Part shown: positions 47,351 through 58,160 of the stretch, piece after piece
How positions within the stretch are numbered: position 1 is the stretch's first letter
How the letters are laid out: every line of letters begins with the position of its first letter
IMG/VR virus record: IMGVR_UViG_3300023184_003735
Span: 1 to 64,000 of that record
Strand: one strand, 5' to 3'
From: a virus
Length of the DNA: 64,000 bases
Program-made: the position numbers and the translations under genes
Notes under the pieces: generated by a model
What the model saw: only the letters and a program-made list of their open reading frames with translations
Told to the model about the DNA's origin: nothing
The model's database searches: none

Positions 47351-48153
47351 CCACAGGCGCACTGATATTTGCTTTCAACAATGAATCAACCGACTACGTT
47401 GCTATGGCTGAGTGGAGTGCTAGAAACATTCGTAGGTGGCTCAACATTCCCACTGCCATCGTCACAGATGTTGATGCAAGAGATCCGCGACTTAGCGGAT
47501 TCGATCAAGTTATTCCGGCAACGGCAAGTGCGGGAGGAACACGTTGGTTTGAGGATTATCAAGCGACTGTTACATGGCACAACGCAGGTAGAACTGATGC
47601 CTATACTCTTAGTCCATGGGATCAAACGCTAGTACTAGATGCTGACTACGTGGTAGCCAGTGATCAACTAAAGATCCTACTCGATAGCCGTCAAGAGTTT
47701 TTGGCACATGCTAGTGCGTATGACATTACTGGTACAAACAATTTTGCAGGACTCAACGACTACGGGGAATATCGGATGCCCATGTCCTGGGCCACTGTGA
47801 TGATGTTTAGACGCAGTACCCATGCAGAACTCATTTTTCACTGTATGCAAATGATCAAGAATAACTGGCGACACTATAAAGATTTATATCAAATTGCCAG
47901 TTCAACCTATCGCAATGACCATGCACTGAGCATAGCATTAAATATTGTGAATGGACAAACATTACAGCACACGAGCATACCCTGGAGTCTGGCCAGCGTC
48001 ACACCTGAACATGTACTAACTAGAACTGCCAAGGATTGCTACAGAATAGATTACGTGGACCAGGAAAAACGCCCACGTTGGACCATACTACGTAATCAAG
48101 ACTTTCATGCCATGGGAAAACAGCACCTGGAGAAATTAATTGAAGCCCATTGA
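47347..48153 (+). CDS. GT-A fold glycosyltransferase-like protein
   Basis: 268 aa; LSPWDQTLVLDADY (DxD), WATVMMF and RNDHALSIA motifs. Confidence 0.7.
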   Translation: MTTGALIFAFNNESTDYVAMAEWSARNIRRWLNIPTAIVTDVDARDPRLSGFDQVIPATASAGGTRWFEDYQATVTWHNAGRTDAYTLSPWDQTLVLDADYVVASDQLKILLDSRQEFLAHASAYDITGTNNFAGLNDYGEYRMPMSWATVMMFRRSTHAELIFHCMQMIKNNWRHYKDLYQIASSTYRNDHALSIALNIVNGQTLQHTSIPWSLASVTPEHVLTRTAKDCYRIDYVDQEKRPRWTILRNQDFHAMGKQHLEKLIEAH

Positions 48154-48925
48154 AGAACAAGGCTACTTGATAGTAGCAACCAATACGCAAAACACGGACT
48201 ATGTGAATTGTAGTGAAACTCTAGCCAAAACCATCAAGTACTGGCATCCTGATGCACGGATATGCTTGCTGACCAACGAAACCCGTGAACCAGATCATTT
48301 GTTCGATCATGTGCGCGAGTTTCCGTTCCCGATTGATGTGGCCAATCCTTATGCCAACGACTGGCAGGTGTTCCATGCCACACCATTCCGTGAAACAATC
48401 AAACTAGAATCAGACATGCTGATCACCAGTCCCATTAATCACTGGTGGAACCTGTTGCGTCACCGTGATGTTGTGGTATCCACAGGCTGTAGAGACTGGA
48501 AAGATCAACGAGCCAGTGCCAGACATTACCGTCAGGTGTTTGATGCCAACAATTTGCCGGATGTGTACAATGCCATAACCTACTGGAGACTGAGTGCAAC
48601 AGCACAAGAGTTCTTTGCTACTGTGCGCAACATATTTGAAAACTGGCCTCAATATCGTGCCATGTTAAAGTTTCCTGAAGATATGCCGTCAACAGATGTG
48701 GTATACGCTATTGCGGCCACCATTGTAGGCACAGAAACCTGTACCATGCCATTTGCCAGTTATCCCACAATTGTACACATGAAGCGACACATTATTGCCG
48801 CCAAGCGAGATCCTTGGGTAGATGAACTCATATGCGAATATCGAGACTATGAATTGCGAGTAAACACAGTGGTGCAACGTGGCGCATTTCATTACAATGT
48901 TAAGAATTGGCACCATGAACGCTGA
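48140..48925 (+). CDS. GT-A fold glycosyltransferase-like protein, paralog of the upstream gene
   Basis: 261 aa, TTG start; TPFRETIKLESDML (degenerate DxD), TDVVYAIA, HMK and FHY motifs. Confidence 0.65.
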   Translation: MKPIEEQGYLIVATNTQNTDYVNCSETLAKTIKYWHPDARICLLTNETREPDHLFDHVREFPFPIDVANPYANDWQVFHATPFRETIKLESDMLITSPINHWWNLLRHRDVVVSTGCRDWKDQRASARHYRQVFDANNLPDVYNAITYWRLSATAQEFFATVRNIFENWPQYRAMLKFPEDMPSTDVVYAIAATIVGTETCTMPFASYPTIVHMKRHIIAAKRDPWVDELICEYRDYELRVNTVVQRGAFHYNVKNWHHER

Positions 48926-49247
48926 AGAATTTTGGGCCATACTACATGCCATGCCCGAACCCCAACCTGTATCCTGGCGCCTGTACTACAATGCGGCAGG
49001 CGAACCAATAACCTACAGCATGGAACATTTGCCCGGTACATATATTGAGGTTGATGCTGAGACCTATGCACGATCGCCTATGAATGTTCGAATCAAAAAT
49101 GGGCAATTGATTGAATTGAAATCTGCTGTGCGCAGACTTGTGCCCAGTGATTCAGGAACACCTTGTTATCCCAACAACGTGGCCATAGTAGTTGACAAGG
49201 CAGAACCACACCAACTCTGGAGTATGAAAACACATGAATCCTATTGA
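48915..49247 (+). CDS. Hypothetical protein (110 aa)
   Basis: ATG at 48915 overlapping the upstream gene; operon-coupled. Confidence 0.7.
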   Translation: MNAEEFWAILHAMPEPQPVSWRLYYNAAGEPITYSMEHLPGTYIEVDAETYARSPMNVRIKNGQLIELKSAVRRLVPSDSGTPCYPNNVAIVVDKAEPHQLWSMKTHESY

Positions 49248-50160
49248 CATAGCAGACCTAGACTGCATTTACCTATCGTATGATGAACCTGAAAAAGAAC
49301 AATATTGGATACGCATTAAGAACATGGTGCCTTGGGCCCGTAGGGTCGATGGTGTGCTGGGAAGCGATGCGGCGCATAAAGCCGCGGCCCTGGCATCTGA
49401 CACCGAAAGATTTATCCTTATTGATGGAGACAATATCCCCGACCCGGCGTTTTTTAATCAAACGCTTGATTTTCCTACACCTGAACATGAGCAGGCTGTG
49501 TTCCGATGGCGGGCTCGCAACCATGTAAACGGACTCATGTATGGCAACGGCGGACTCTCATCCTGGACTCGAGAGTACGTGTTAAACATGCGCACACACG
49601 AGAACACAGACGGGCGTGATGAAACTGTGGTGGAGTTTTGCTTTGATCCGCTATACTGGGCCATGCATGACTGTTACTCAACAACATATCCTAACCAATC
49701 ACCATTTCATGCCTGGCGTGCCGGCTTTCGTGAAGGTGTCAAGATGTGTTTAAATCAAGGCACCAAACCCACCATACAAGACTTTAAACAACGTGTGCAT
49801 CAACGCAACCTGGACAACTTGACCATATGGCACAATGTGGGTGCAGATGTTGAAAACGGCATGTGGTGCATTGCTGGTAGTCGCATGGGCACTTATATGA
49901 CCATGCTCACAAATGTGGATCATGTGATGGTGCAGGACTTTGAAAAATTACATGAATTATGGGATACTGTAAAAGATTCAGACCCACGCTTGCTGGCCAA
50001 TCGTGTGGCACAAGAACTAGGCACAACATTAGACTTGCCACTGGCCATGTTGGAAGCCGAACAAAGCCAATTCTTCAAACATCATTATCGATCAAACTTT
50101 GCCAACCGTGGTATCATGGTCAGAGAGATTGACATCATTAGACGGCAGGAGGGCTGGTAA
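49234..50160 (+). CDS. Glycosyltransferase-like protein (GT-A/GT2-like)
   Basis: 308 aa; YLSYDEP, RVDGV.G.DAAHKAAA, LIDGDN (DxD), NGLMYGNGG and AWRAGFREGVK motifs. Confidence 0.65.
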   Translation: MNPIDIADLDCIYLSYDEPEKEQYWIRIKNMVPWARRVDGVLGSDAAHKAAALASDTERFILIDGDNIPDPAFFNQTLDFPTPEHEQAVFRWRARNHVNGLMYGNGGLSSWTREYVLNMRTHENTDGRDETVVEFCFDPLYWAMHDCYSTTYPNQSPFHAWRAGFREGVKMCLNQGTKPTIQDFKQRVHQRNLDNLTIWHNVGADVENGMWCIAGSRMGTYMTMLTNVDHVMVQDFEKLHELWDTVKDSDPRLLANRVAQELGTTLDLPLAMLEAEQSQFFKHHYRSNFANRGIMVREIDIIRRQEGW

Positions 50161-50825
50161 TGTTAACAGTATTTGAAAATGCAGTCACTAACAGTGAAAT
50201 AGCACACCTGCAACAACAGTTTGCTGAGTTAAAGGCCCGAGTTGAATTTAATGACACATACCTCATAACCAATCCGGATGAAATACGTGAATTGTACCAC
50301 TTGGAATCTGAATCATTAATACAACAAGAACGAGTTAGTATAAATGCATATCCTGTAGCAGAGTTGGTTAGGAGCATAGTCAATAGAATTTTGCCTGCAC
50401 CTTTAAAAGACTCCATCTCTATTATGTTTTCAAGATCAGTCTACCCAGTTGGAATACACACTGACACTGATGAAAGAGATCATCAAGGGCACACTATCAT
50501 GATACCACTAACATCAGATGATCGCATTAAGACCTTGGTCTGGCAAGAAACTGCAATAGCGCAAAAGGGACTGAATGAGATATTTCATCGTTTTCAAACC
50601 GATATCAAAAGTTTCACACCACAGCCTCGGATTTCTAATAAACTCAATTTGAGAAATTGTTGGATGGGTCGACCTTCTATTGTAGATTTTTTACAACTAG
50701 ACGGTGTAGCAGAATGGCGTACAGGCTCCATATTTAAATTTGAACGTCAACAGTTGCATGCCAGTAACAACTACAGAGAATTTGTTGACTTTAAAGACTA
50801 TGTTTTAATACACAACGACGAATGA
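50160..50825 (+). CDS. 2OG-Fe(II) oxygenase-like (double-stranded beta-helix) protein
   Basis: 221 aa; IHTD (HxD), IPL, and W..G.IF.F.R.QLHAS carrying the distal His. Confidence 0.55.
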   Translation: MLTVFENAVTNSEIAHLQQQFAELKARVEFNDTYLITNPDEIRELYHLESESLIQQERVSINAYPVAELVRSIVNRILPAPLKDSISIMFSRSVYPVGIHTDTDERDHQGHTIMIPLTSDDRIKTLVWQETAIAQKGLNEIFHRFQTDIKSFTPQPRISNKLNLRNCWMGRPSIVDFLQLDGVAEWRTGSIFKFERQQLHASNNYREFVDFKDYVLIHNDE

Positions 50826-51385
50826 CAAAAATATACGTTGACGGGTGTAGTTATGTTTATGGCCAAGGCCTTGATCGAAGCAGTTCTTTAGGTGCATTGT
50901 TGGGCGCCACTACTGATAATTCACGCCCGGCCAAGAGCAATATTGCAATATCCGAAGATCTATATCATGCTGTAAAACTGGATTACGATTGGTATATTGT
51001 GGGTTATACATTTTCTAATAGATACAGTTTTTCGCTTGACCGCAAGCCAATTGACATATACTCAAGCAACGATGAATATGTATTGGAGTTTGAACAAGAT
51101 GAAATACAACTAAAGCAATTGCACCGATTATACTATTACTTTTCTGATGTCAGCAAGTTAGATCAGCGCAGTGATTACCTGGTGGATTCCTCTATTGCAT
51201 TACTAGAACAGCAAAATAAAAAATTTGTAATGTTCAGTTGGGAACCGCGCACAATCATAAACTCAGAAAAAATATTTTACCCTAGGCAATTGATATCTAA
51301 CGACTATTGCCAATCTCAAACAAACCGTCATTTGACTGAATCGGGCATGCAACTTTTGGCAAACATTATCCGGGAAAAAATGTGA
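50822..51385 (+). CDS. SGNH/GDSL-hydrolase-like protein
   Basis: 187 aa; YVDGCSYVYG, SN..I and NRHLTESG motifs. Confidence 0.6.
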   Translation: MTKIYVDGCSYVYGQGLDRSSSLGALLGATTDNSRPAKSNIAISEDLYHAVKLDYDWYIVGYTFSNRYSFSLDRKPIDIYSSNDEYVLEFEQDEIQLKQLHRLYYYFSDVSKLDQRSDYLVDSSIALLEQQNKKFVMFSWEPRTIINSEKIFYPRQLISNDYCQSQTNRHLTESGMQLLANIIREKM

Positions 51386-52752
51386 AAAGTGTGTTCATGA
51401 CGTCAGCAGAACAAATGCAGGCAAACCTAGGACCTGCATTGTGTTTAGCCAAGTGGAAGCAGGTCTCTTTACACTTGCCCACAGGACTCAACAACTCATG
51501 TTATCACCCACCGTTGCATGCCATTGACCCTGTGGAAATACAGTTTGATCCAGGGGCACTACACAATACCTCACACAAAAAAGCACAGCGTCAGATGATG
51601 CTGAGTGGTGAACGACCTGCAGAATGTTCCTATTGTTGGAATATGGAAGACCAAGGCAAACTCAGCGATAGACACTATCGTTCAGGTGAGCCCTGGGCTG
51701 CTGTGGATTTTGAACAAATTAAGAATTCAACCGGAGAAGAAAGTGATGTCATACCTAGTTATGTTGAGGTTAATTTTAACAATGCTTGTAACCTCAAGTG
51801 CAGTTATTGTAGTCCCCAGTTTAGTTCTAGCTGGGCAGACGAAGTACATCGTGATGGGGCTTATCCTACTGCCACACCACATAATGCTCCTGAACACTTT
51901 ACAGGGGCTAGACGTGTTATTCCCGCTAGGGAACATAATCCCTATGTTGAAGCATTTTGGCAGTGGTGGCCGCGTTTATACCCTACCCTAGAACACTTTA
52001 GAATGACCGGTGGCGAGCCACTAATGGATCGGAATACTTACCGAGTATTTGATCATGTGATCAACCACCCATCAAAAAAACTACACTTGAACGTGACATC
52101 AAACTTTAGTGTAGAAGATGTGTTGTTCAACAAATACATGACTGCTGTGAAAACCATTTGCGACGGACGTATAGAACACTTTATGCAGTATGTGAGCCTG
52201 GATGGCTGGGGCACTCAAGCAGAGTACATGCGATACGGCATGACGTTTGATCTAGTGTGGTCAAGAGTAGATCAATACCTAACACAAGTTCCTAGTTATA
52301 ACAGTCTCACGTTTATTATAACCATGAACAATCTCGGTGTGAGCAGTCTGCAACAACTGCTAGAGGGCATACTAGAACTACGCCGCAAACATTCAACAAC
52401 CTATCAGCGTGTGTGGTTTGATACACCTGTGCTAAGACAACCTTCTTGGCAAAGCCTACAAATACTACCCGAATCTTATGCTCAACGACTAGAAACTATC
52501 CGAGACTGGATGAGTCAAAATTTAACCACCCAAGCAGATCCTTACAACGGATTCAAGGACTACGAAGTGTCACGCCTGGATAGAGACATTGCCTGGATGC
52601 GTAGTGCGCAGTCACAAGACCATGCCCCGGCCCGTGCAGACTTTTATAGATTTTTTGCAGAACACGATCGCAGGCGCGGCACAGACTTTTTAAAGACCTT
52701 TCCAGAAATGCGGTCCTGGTGGGCCGAATGTGAGTACCACGCCAGGTCATGA
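51382..52752 (+). CDS. Radical SAM enzyme with N-terminal Twitch/SPASM-like domain (1 of 5)
   Basis: CNLKCSYC (CxxxCxxC), TGGEP; N-terminal CLAKW...SCYHP...CSYCW. Confidence 0.93.
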   Translation: MKSVFMTSAEQMQANLGPALCLAKWKQVSLHLPTGLNNSCYHPPLHAIDPVEIQFDPGALHNTSHKKAQRQMMLSGERPAECSYCWNMEDQGKLSDRHYRSGEPWAAVDFEQIKNSTGEESDVIPSYVEVNFNNACNLKCSYCSPQFSSSWADEVHRDGAYPTATPHNAPEHFTGARRVIPAREHNPYVEAFWQWWPRLYPTLEHFRMTGGEPLMDRNTYRVFDHVINHPSKKLHLNVTSNFSVEDVLFNKYMTAVKTICDGRIEHFMQYVSLDGWGTQAEYMRYGMTFDLVWSRVDQYLTQVPSYNSLTFIITMNNLGVSSLQQLLEGILELRRKHSTTYQRVWFDTPVLRQPSWQSLQILPESYAQRLETIRDWMSQNLTTQADPYNGFKDYEVSRLDRDIAWMRSAQSQDHAPARADFYRFFAEHDRRRGTDFLKTFPEMRSWWAECEYHARS

Positions 52753-53807
52753 CGTTGTACGTGGATCATTACTGTGAAATTGCTGATATGTTGGCACATT
52801 GGACCACGGAACAATTCTATGGTTTTGAAAAATTAGATATTGTACCCGGTGCAACCTATGTTGTGGGTCGGGTACAACTCAAAAATAATGCAGAACAAAT
52901 CCGCCGCATAGTAACTGATCGCACAGCCAGAGTTGTTTTTAGCAACCCTGCAGAAGGATCTGAAACATTTGTACAGCACTTGAGACTATATGGTGTAGAA
53001 GATCTGGTTTTAAATGGATTACTGCCTGTTGTTGTAGGAGGCCCAGTACCTGATGCGTATCCACACATGTTGTACGAACACTTTTTAACACAACCATTTA
53101 GATATGAAGAAAACTGTATGGCCGCAGATCGTGTGCAAGAAATATTTGATAAAAAATCCAAACCCTACCGATTCTTTTTCTTAAATGGACGGTCAAGACC
53201 GCATCGCAGAGCACTCATAAATGAATTTGAACAGCGTGGGTTATTGGCACAAGCACTATGGACAAACCTAGACGCACACGCAGGGCCTGTTCATTTGTTG
53301 CCACCCGAATACGAAGTAGAGCAATTTCAACCGCACATGACAACCACGGAGCAGGGCTTTGTCAAAAATCAACTGTTCAACAACTTGTGGGGAGAAATAT
53401 ACATTCGATCTGAACCCTACATTGACACTTACTTTAGTGTGGTAACAGAAACAGTATTTGACTACCCGCACAGTTTTAGAACAGAAAAGATAGCCAAACC
53501 GCTCACACAAGGACATCCTTGGATATGTGTGGCCAACGCAGGTTTTTATAGAGACATGCGCAATTTAGGGTTCCAAACCTTTTCACATGTGATAGATGAA
53601 TCATTTGATTCAATTGATAATGGGTCTGATCGAATTGCTCGCATCGCTGCCGTAGTGGATGACCTTTGTCACCAAGATATGTTACAATTACTAGCGGAGT
53701 GTGAAAGTGTTTGTAAATACAATCAGCAACACCTGCGCACTGTGAGTCACAAATGGCAACAGGAGTTGCCTGCCCGCTTTCTTGACTTCTTAACAAAGTA
53801 CCCATGA
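52749..53807 (+). CDS. Putative GT-B glycosyltransferase, GT10-like C-terminal motif
   Basis: 352 aa; LNGRSRPHR and YFSVVTET...FRTEKIAKPL...GFQTF...IDESFD motifs. Confidence 0.5.
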   Translation: MTLYVDHYCEIADMLAHWTTEQFYGFEKLDIVPGATYVVGRVQLKNNAEQIRRIVTDRTARVVFSNPAEGSETFVQHLRLYGVEDLVLNGLLPVVVGGPVPDAYPHMLYEHFLTQPFRYEENCMAADRVQEIFDKKSKPYRFFFLNGRSRPHRRALINEFEQRGLLAQALWTNLDAHAGPVHLLPPEYEVEQFQPHMTTTEQGFVKNQLFNNLWGEIYIRSEPYIDTYFSVVTETVFDYPHSFRTEKIAKPLTQGHPWICVANAGFYRDMRNLGFQTFSHVIDESFDSIDNGSDRIARIAAVVDDLCHQDMLQLLAECESVCKYNQQHLRTVSHKWQQELPARFLDFLTKYP

Positions 53808-55141
53808 ATGATCTAGAATTTAAAAACACAGTATTAGATAAATTATCTGCAAGTTTTTGTGCGGCCAAATGGTACAATGCCACCATTTGGTTAGGTTCCG
53901 GCATGACCACTAGTTGTCACCATCCTCCGGCCCATTTAGTGGACCGTGATCAAGTCCAGGCCAACCCCGGGCTGTTGCACAACACTGATCAAAAGAAAGA
54001 GGATCGCCGCAAAATGCTTGCAGGAGAACGTCCCCCTGGTTGTGAATACTGCTGGAAGATTGAAGACATGGGCAAGGATGCTATTTCAGACCGTGTGTAC
54101 AAAAGCAAGATATATCCTATAGAGGCATTACATGAAGCATTTAATACTGCACCCGATCACAACGTCAATCTCCGTACCTTGGAAATTGCATTTGACCGTA
54201 CTTGTCAATTTGCTTGCTCTTACTGCAACCCTGCTTTTAGCACAACTTGGGTTAATGATATTCGACGCAACGGACCCTATCACAGTCTTGTTAGTGACGG
54301 GCGCAATCACTTTACCCACACCCATGATAGTGCTCAGTTGTTTAAGGTGTCAGAATCTAATCCCTACATTGATGCATTTTTTGCATGGTGGGAGAGTGAT
54401 CTACATCATACCCTCCAGGAACTTAGAATTACTGGAGGAGAGCCCCTCATGTCCGCCCATACCTGGCGCCTTATTGATTGGTTTAAAACAAATCAGGGCA
54501 AAAGTCACACACGCTTGGCTATCAACAGTAACCTGGGAACCGACATTGACATTGACCGACTGCTTGCCAGCACAGCCGGAATGGCAATCGACTTGTACAC
54601 ATCAAATGAGTCAATATCAACTCAGGCAGAATATATACGTGACGGACTTGTATGGGACGACTGGGCCAACAACGTAGAGCGTTTGCTGGACTCGGGGCAG
54701 TTCCGTGGTATACACGTTATGGCAACCATTAACGCACTATGTCTAAGCACACTGGATCAACTGCTGGAATGCATAATGAATTGGAAACTGGAATACGGAC
54801 GTGATGCCATATCATTTACATTAAATATCCTACGCTTCCCTAGTTTTCAATCACCGCTGGTGTTGCCCGAACACACACGCACAGTGTACAAGCAACGCCT
54901 GGCTACATGGCTAGAGCATTGGGTGGATAGTGACGTCATTCATGAGCATGAAGTAAATCACACCCAGCGCCTAATAGACTATTTAGATGTAGTCAAGACC
55001 CCGCACTCGGAATCATTCGACCGGCCACGATTATTGAATGATTTTCGACAGTTTTACACACAATATGATCAACGTCGTGGCAAAGACTTTGGTGCCGCAT
55101 TTCCCGAACTAAAGGAATGGTATGACTCAATACCGGTATAA
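53804..55141 (+). CDS. Radical SAM enzyme with N-terminal Twitch/SPASM-like domain (2 of 5)
   Basis: CQFACSYC, TGGEP; N-terminal CAAKW...SCHHP...CEYCW. Confidence 0.93.
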   Translation: MNDLEFKNTVLDKLSASFCAAKWYNATIWLGSGMTTSCHHPPAHLVDRDQVQANPGLLHNTDQKKEDRRKMLAGERPPGCEYCWKIEDMGKDAISDRVYKSKIYPIEALHEAFNTAPDHNVNLRTLEIAFDRTCQFACSYCNPAFSTTWVNDIRRNGPYHSLVSDGRNHFTHTHDSAQLFKVSESNPYIDAFFAWWESDLHHTLQELRITGGEPLMSAHTWRLIDWFKTNQGKSHTRLAINSNLGTDIDIDRLLASTAGMAIDLYTSNESISTQAEYIRDGLVWDDWANNVERLLDSGQFRGIHVMATINALCLSTLDQLLECIMNWKLEYGRDAISFTLNILRFPSFQSPLVLPEHTRTVYKQRLATWLEHWVDSDVIHEHEVNHTQRLIDYLDVVKTPHSESFDRPRLLNDFRQFYTQYDQRRGKDFGAAFPELKEWYDSIPV

Positions 55142-56384
55142 TTCAACAGACCTGGTACGGCCAACTGAACTCACCGAACGTGAGCGTTTCCTACTAGAGG
55201 ACTCTAAAACCTTCTGTATCTATCCCTGGATCCATTTACACGCATATCCCACAGGTGAAGCCTATCCCTGCTGTCATGCTGAAATGAAACCGGGCGTGGT
55301 GGGCAACTGTAGAACCAACACACTGGCAGAAATATGGACCGGCGAGCCCATGCAGAAACTACGTGCAGATATGTTGAGTGAAACCCCGCATGCGGCCTGC
55401 ACACGCTGTTATGAGCAAGAAGAATCAGGGTTCTTTTCAGGACGCAAGAGTGCCAACAAACATCACGGACATCATGTGAAGAAACTGGATACCAATCCAT
55501 TTGAAATGACCTACTGGGATATTCGTTTCAGTAACCTATGCAACCTAAAGTGTAGATCATGTGGACATATCTTCAGTAGTCAATGGTATCAGGACCAAGC
55601 ACGACTGGCCGGACCTGAATGGAAAGAGCAGAACACAGTTCTTAACTATGCGGGACGCACCGAAACAGACATGTGGACACAACTAGAGCCCCACTTAGAC
55701 TACGTGGAACAAATCTACTTTGCCGGTGGCGAACCCCTGTTGATGGAAGAACACTACCGCATCTTGGAAGAACTTGTGCGACGTGGCCGTTTTGACGTTA
55801 GATTAATATACAACACCAACTTCACGCACACAGACTTAAAAGGGCGTTCAGTATTTGAATACTGGCGACAGTTTGATAGTGTGGCAGTGGGTGCCAGTCT
55901 AGACGGCATGGGCCACGCCGGGGAATACATACGCAAAGGCACCCGGTGGTACGATGTTGTGCAGAACCGTCATAGAATGATTGCCACGTGCCCCAACGTA
56001 GACTTTTATATCTCACCCACACTCAGCATAATGAATGCCTGGCACCTGCCGGACTTTCACCGAGAATGGGTTGCAGCCGGCCTAATTCGCGCACAGGATT
56101 TGAATGTAAATATTCTTCAAGACCCCGCATACTATAGAATAGACATTGCCACCGCCGAATACAAACAAAGACTAGAAGAGAAATACCGCAAACATTTGAG
56201 TTGGATGAGCGATCGAGATCCACTACAACGTGCTACACAGGGATTCGAATCGGCCATTACCTTTATGAACTCAACAGACAACACACACTTGATAGATACA
56301 TTCTGGCGCAAAACACATGAATTGGATTCGATCAGAAATGAATCTTGGCAACACGCTGTGCCAGAATTGGCAGCATTGAAATGA
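55122..56384 (+). CDS. Radical SAM enzyme with N-terminal Twitch/SPASM-like domain (3 of 5)
   Basis: CNLKCRSC, AGGEP, YNTN; N-terminal CIYPW...PCC...CTRC. Confidence 0.93.
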   Translation: MTQYRYNSTDLVRPTELTERERFLLEDSKTFCIYPWIHLHAYPTGEAYPCCHAEMKPGVVGNCRTNTLAEIWTGEPMQKLRADMLSETPHAACTRCYEQEESGFFSGRKSANKHHGHHVKKLDTNPFEMTYWDIRFSNLCNLKCRSCGHIFSSQWYQDQARLAGPEWKEQNTVLNYAGRTETDMWTQLEPHLDYVEQIYFAGGEPLLMEEHYRILEELVRRGRFDVRLIYNTNFTHTDLKGRSVFEYWRQFDSVAVGASLDGMGHAGEYIRKGTRWYDVVQNRHRMIATCPNVDFYISPTLSIMNAWHLPDFHREWVAAGLIRAQDLNVNILQDPAYYRIDIATAEYKQRLEEKYRKHLSWMSDRDPLQRATQGFESAITFMNSTDNTHLIDTFWRKTHELDSIRNESWQHAVPELAALK

Positions 56385-56965
56385 CAGCCCGAGCCATAGG
56401 TTGTAGCCATACTGCAGGCGTGGGCATTGATCCCGTACACTGTTATGTAAATGTATTGAGCCGCAGACTTGGTCGACCCGTCATGAATCACGGTCAACCT
56501 GGTGGCAATGCAACACACATACAATCGACCCTGGTGCAGGTATTAAAACCCACTCGCCGCCCAGATTTTGTCATTGCACAATGGCCCAATCCTTTTAGAC
56601 GCACAACTTGGTACAACAACACAGCACAGAATGAAAATATACAACATGACAGTGCGGTGTTTAAACAGTTGTTGCTTGCCGGTGAAAAGAATTTTTATCA
56701 ACCCTGGATTGACACCATTATTGTGTGCAATTTGCTTTGTAAAACAGCCGCGGTTCCCATGGTGAACATAATGATCGAAGACATACCAATGGAATACCAT
56801 CGCATGCTGACTGCTGAACAAATTGTGTTACATGTGGATAAAAAAACACCCGATGAAACATGGTTAATGGATTCAGCAGCCAGCGATAACTCTCATCATT
56901 CTGCACGTTGCCATGCTCAATGGGCGCAAAGATTACATGGAATATTAAATGAACTTACCACATGA
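56381..56965 (+). CDS. SGNH/GDSL-hydrolase-like protein
   Basis: ATG at 56381 (ATGA overlap); IGCSHTAG, NHGQPGG, QW...R and DNSHHS motifs. Confidence 0.65.
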   Translation: MTARAIGCSHTAGVGIDPVHCYVNVLSRRLGRPVMNHGQPGGNATHIQSTLVQVLKPTRRPDFVIAQWPNPFRRTTWYNNTAQNENIQHDSAVFKQLLLAGEKNFYQPWIDTIIVCNLLCKTAAVPMVNIMIEDIPMEYHRMLTAEQIVLHVDKKTPDETWLMDSAASDNSHHSARCHAQWAQRLHGILNELTT

Positions 56966-58160
56966 CAAATTCTGCGTGTTGCCCTGGGTCAGCCTAGAAG
57001 CCTCCCCAATAGGCTCTGTGCGTCCTTGTTGCCTGGCCGACGATGAAATCGTGGACAACGCAGGCCGCAAGTTTGAATTAAGCACCGCCCGCTTTGCAGA
57101 CATACAAAACAGTGATCACATGCGCAGTTTGCGCCAACAATTTCTTGACGGTGAGCAACCACAGACCTGCCGCAAGTGCTGGAGTGAAGAACGTGCTGGT
57201 CGTACCAGCAAACGAATGCACACCTTGGATAGATTAAAGCACATGGGCATTGGGTCAGAATTCACAGCAGACGCCAAGCCCCTGATGTTCCTGGACCTTA
57301 AACTGGGTAACATTTGCAATCTTAAATGCCGCATATGCGGATCCTGGAGTTCTAGCCAATTTGCCGCAGAAGAAATTGCACAACTGCCCCCAGAAGAAAA
57401 GAAAAAGTCACACGCTTATACTATGCTACGGGCTGGTGCTTGGCCGCAGGAAAATCCTCAATTCTGGGATCAAATTGATACTGTATTAAATGACATACGC
57501 TATATAGAATTCACCGGCGGTGAGCCATTCATGATTGACGAACACTTTGAAATGTTGCAAGGCATTGTGGATCGTGGCATTGCTAGGCAGGTTGAAATAC
57601 ACTACAATACAAATGGCACACAGTATCCCGAGCTGGCTGCAGAAATATGGCGTCATTTCAAGACAGTAGAAATAGCATTCAGTATAGATGATGTAGGTGA
57701 ACGTTTTGAATATCAACGTAGCAATGCCGAATGGGCACTGGTGTGTAAGAACCTGGATCGTTTTCGCGATTTAAAAGAGATCTACCCCTGTATTGAACTA
57801 CAGGTATGCACTACTGTGAATGTGTTTAATGTGCGTTACCTGGGCGAAGTTGCGGCCTGGCTGGAACACAATCGCGAATCATTCAACTTTGTATACTGGA
57901 ACATGATGCATGATGCCTGGTATTTCTCTATCTCTTGCTTGCCCGACACTGCCAAGCAGGCAATTTCAGAATATCTGGATTCAGTAAAGACCATTTATCG
58001 TGAAGACTTTGATCGCATACGAGACTTCATGATGGGCGGTGCATCAACAGACGGCTTTATCACAAGAATGAAAATTGCTGACCTGGACCGTAAAAGAAAT
58101 CAAGATCTACGTGTGATAGCACCAGAGTTTGCACAATTAATTGATTATGTCAAAACCTAA
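56949..58160 (+). CDS. Radical SAM enzyme with N-terminal Twitch/SPASM-like domain (4 of 5)
   Basis: CNLKCRIC, TGGEP, YNTNG; N-terminal CVLPW...PCC...CRKC. Confidence 0.93.
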   Translation: MNLPHDKFCVLPWVSLEASPIGSVRPCCLADDEIVDNAGRKFELSTARFADIQNSDHMRSLRQQFLDGEQPQTCRKCWSEERAGRTSKRMHTLDRLKHMGIGSEFTADAKPLMFLDLKLGNICNLKCRICGSWSSSQFAAEEIAQLPPEEKKKSHAYTMLRAGAWPQENPQFWDQIDTVLNDIRYIEFTGGEPFMIDEHFEMLQGIVDRGIARQVEIHYNTNGTQYPELAAEIWRHFKTVEIAFSIDDVGERFEYQRSNAEWALVCKNLDRFRDLKEIYPCIELQVCTTVNVFNVRYLGEVAAWLEHNRESFNFVYWNMMHDAWYFSISCLPDTAKQAISEYLDSVKTIYREDFDRIRDFMMGGASTDGFITRMKIADLDRKRNQDLRVIAPEFAQLIDYVKT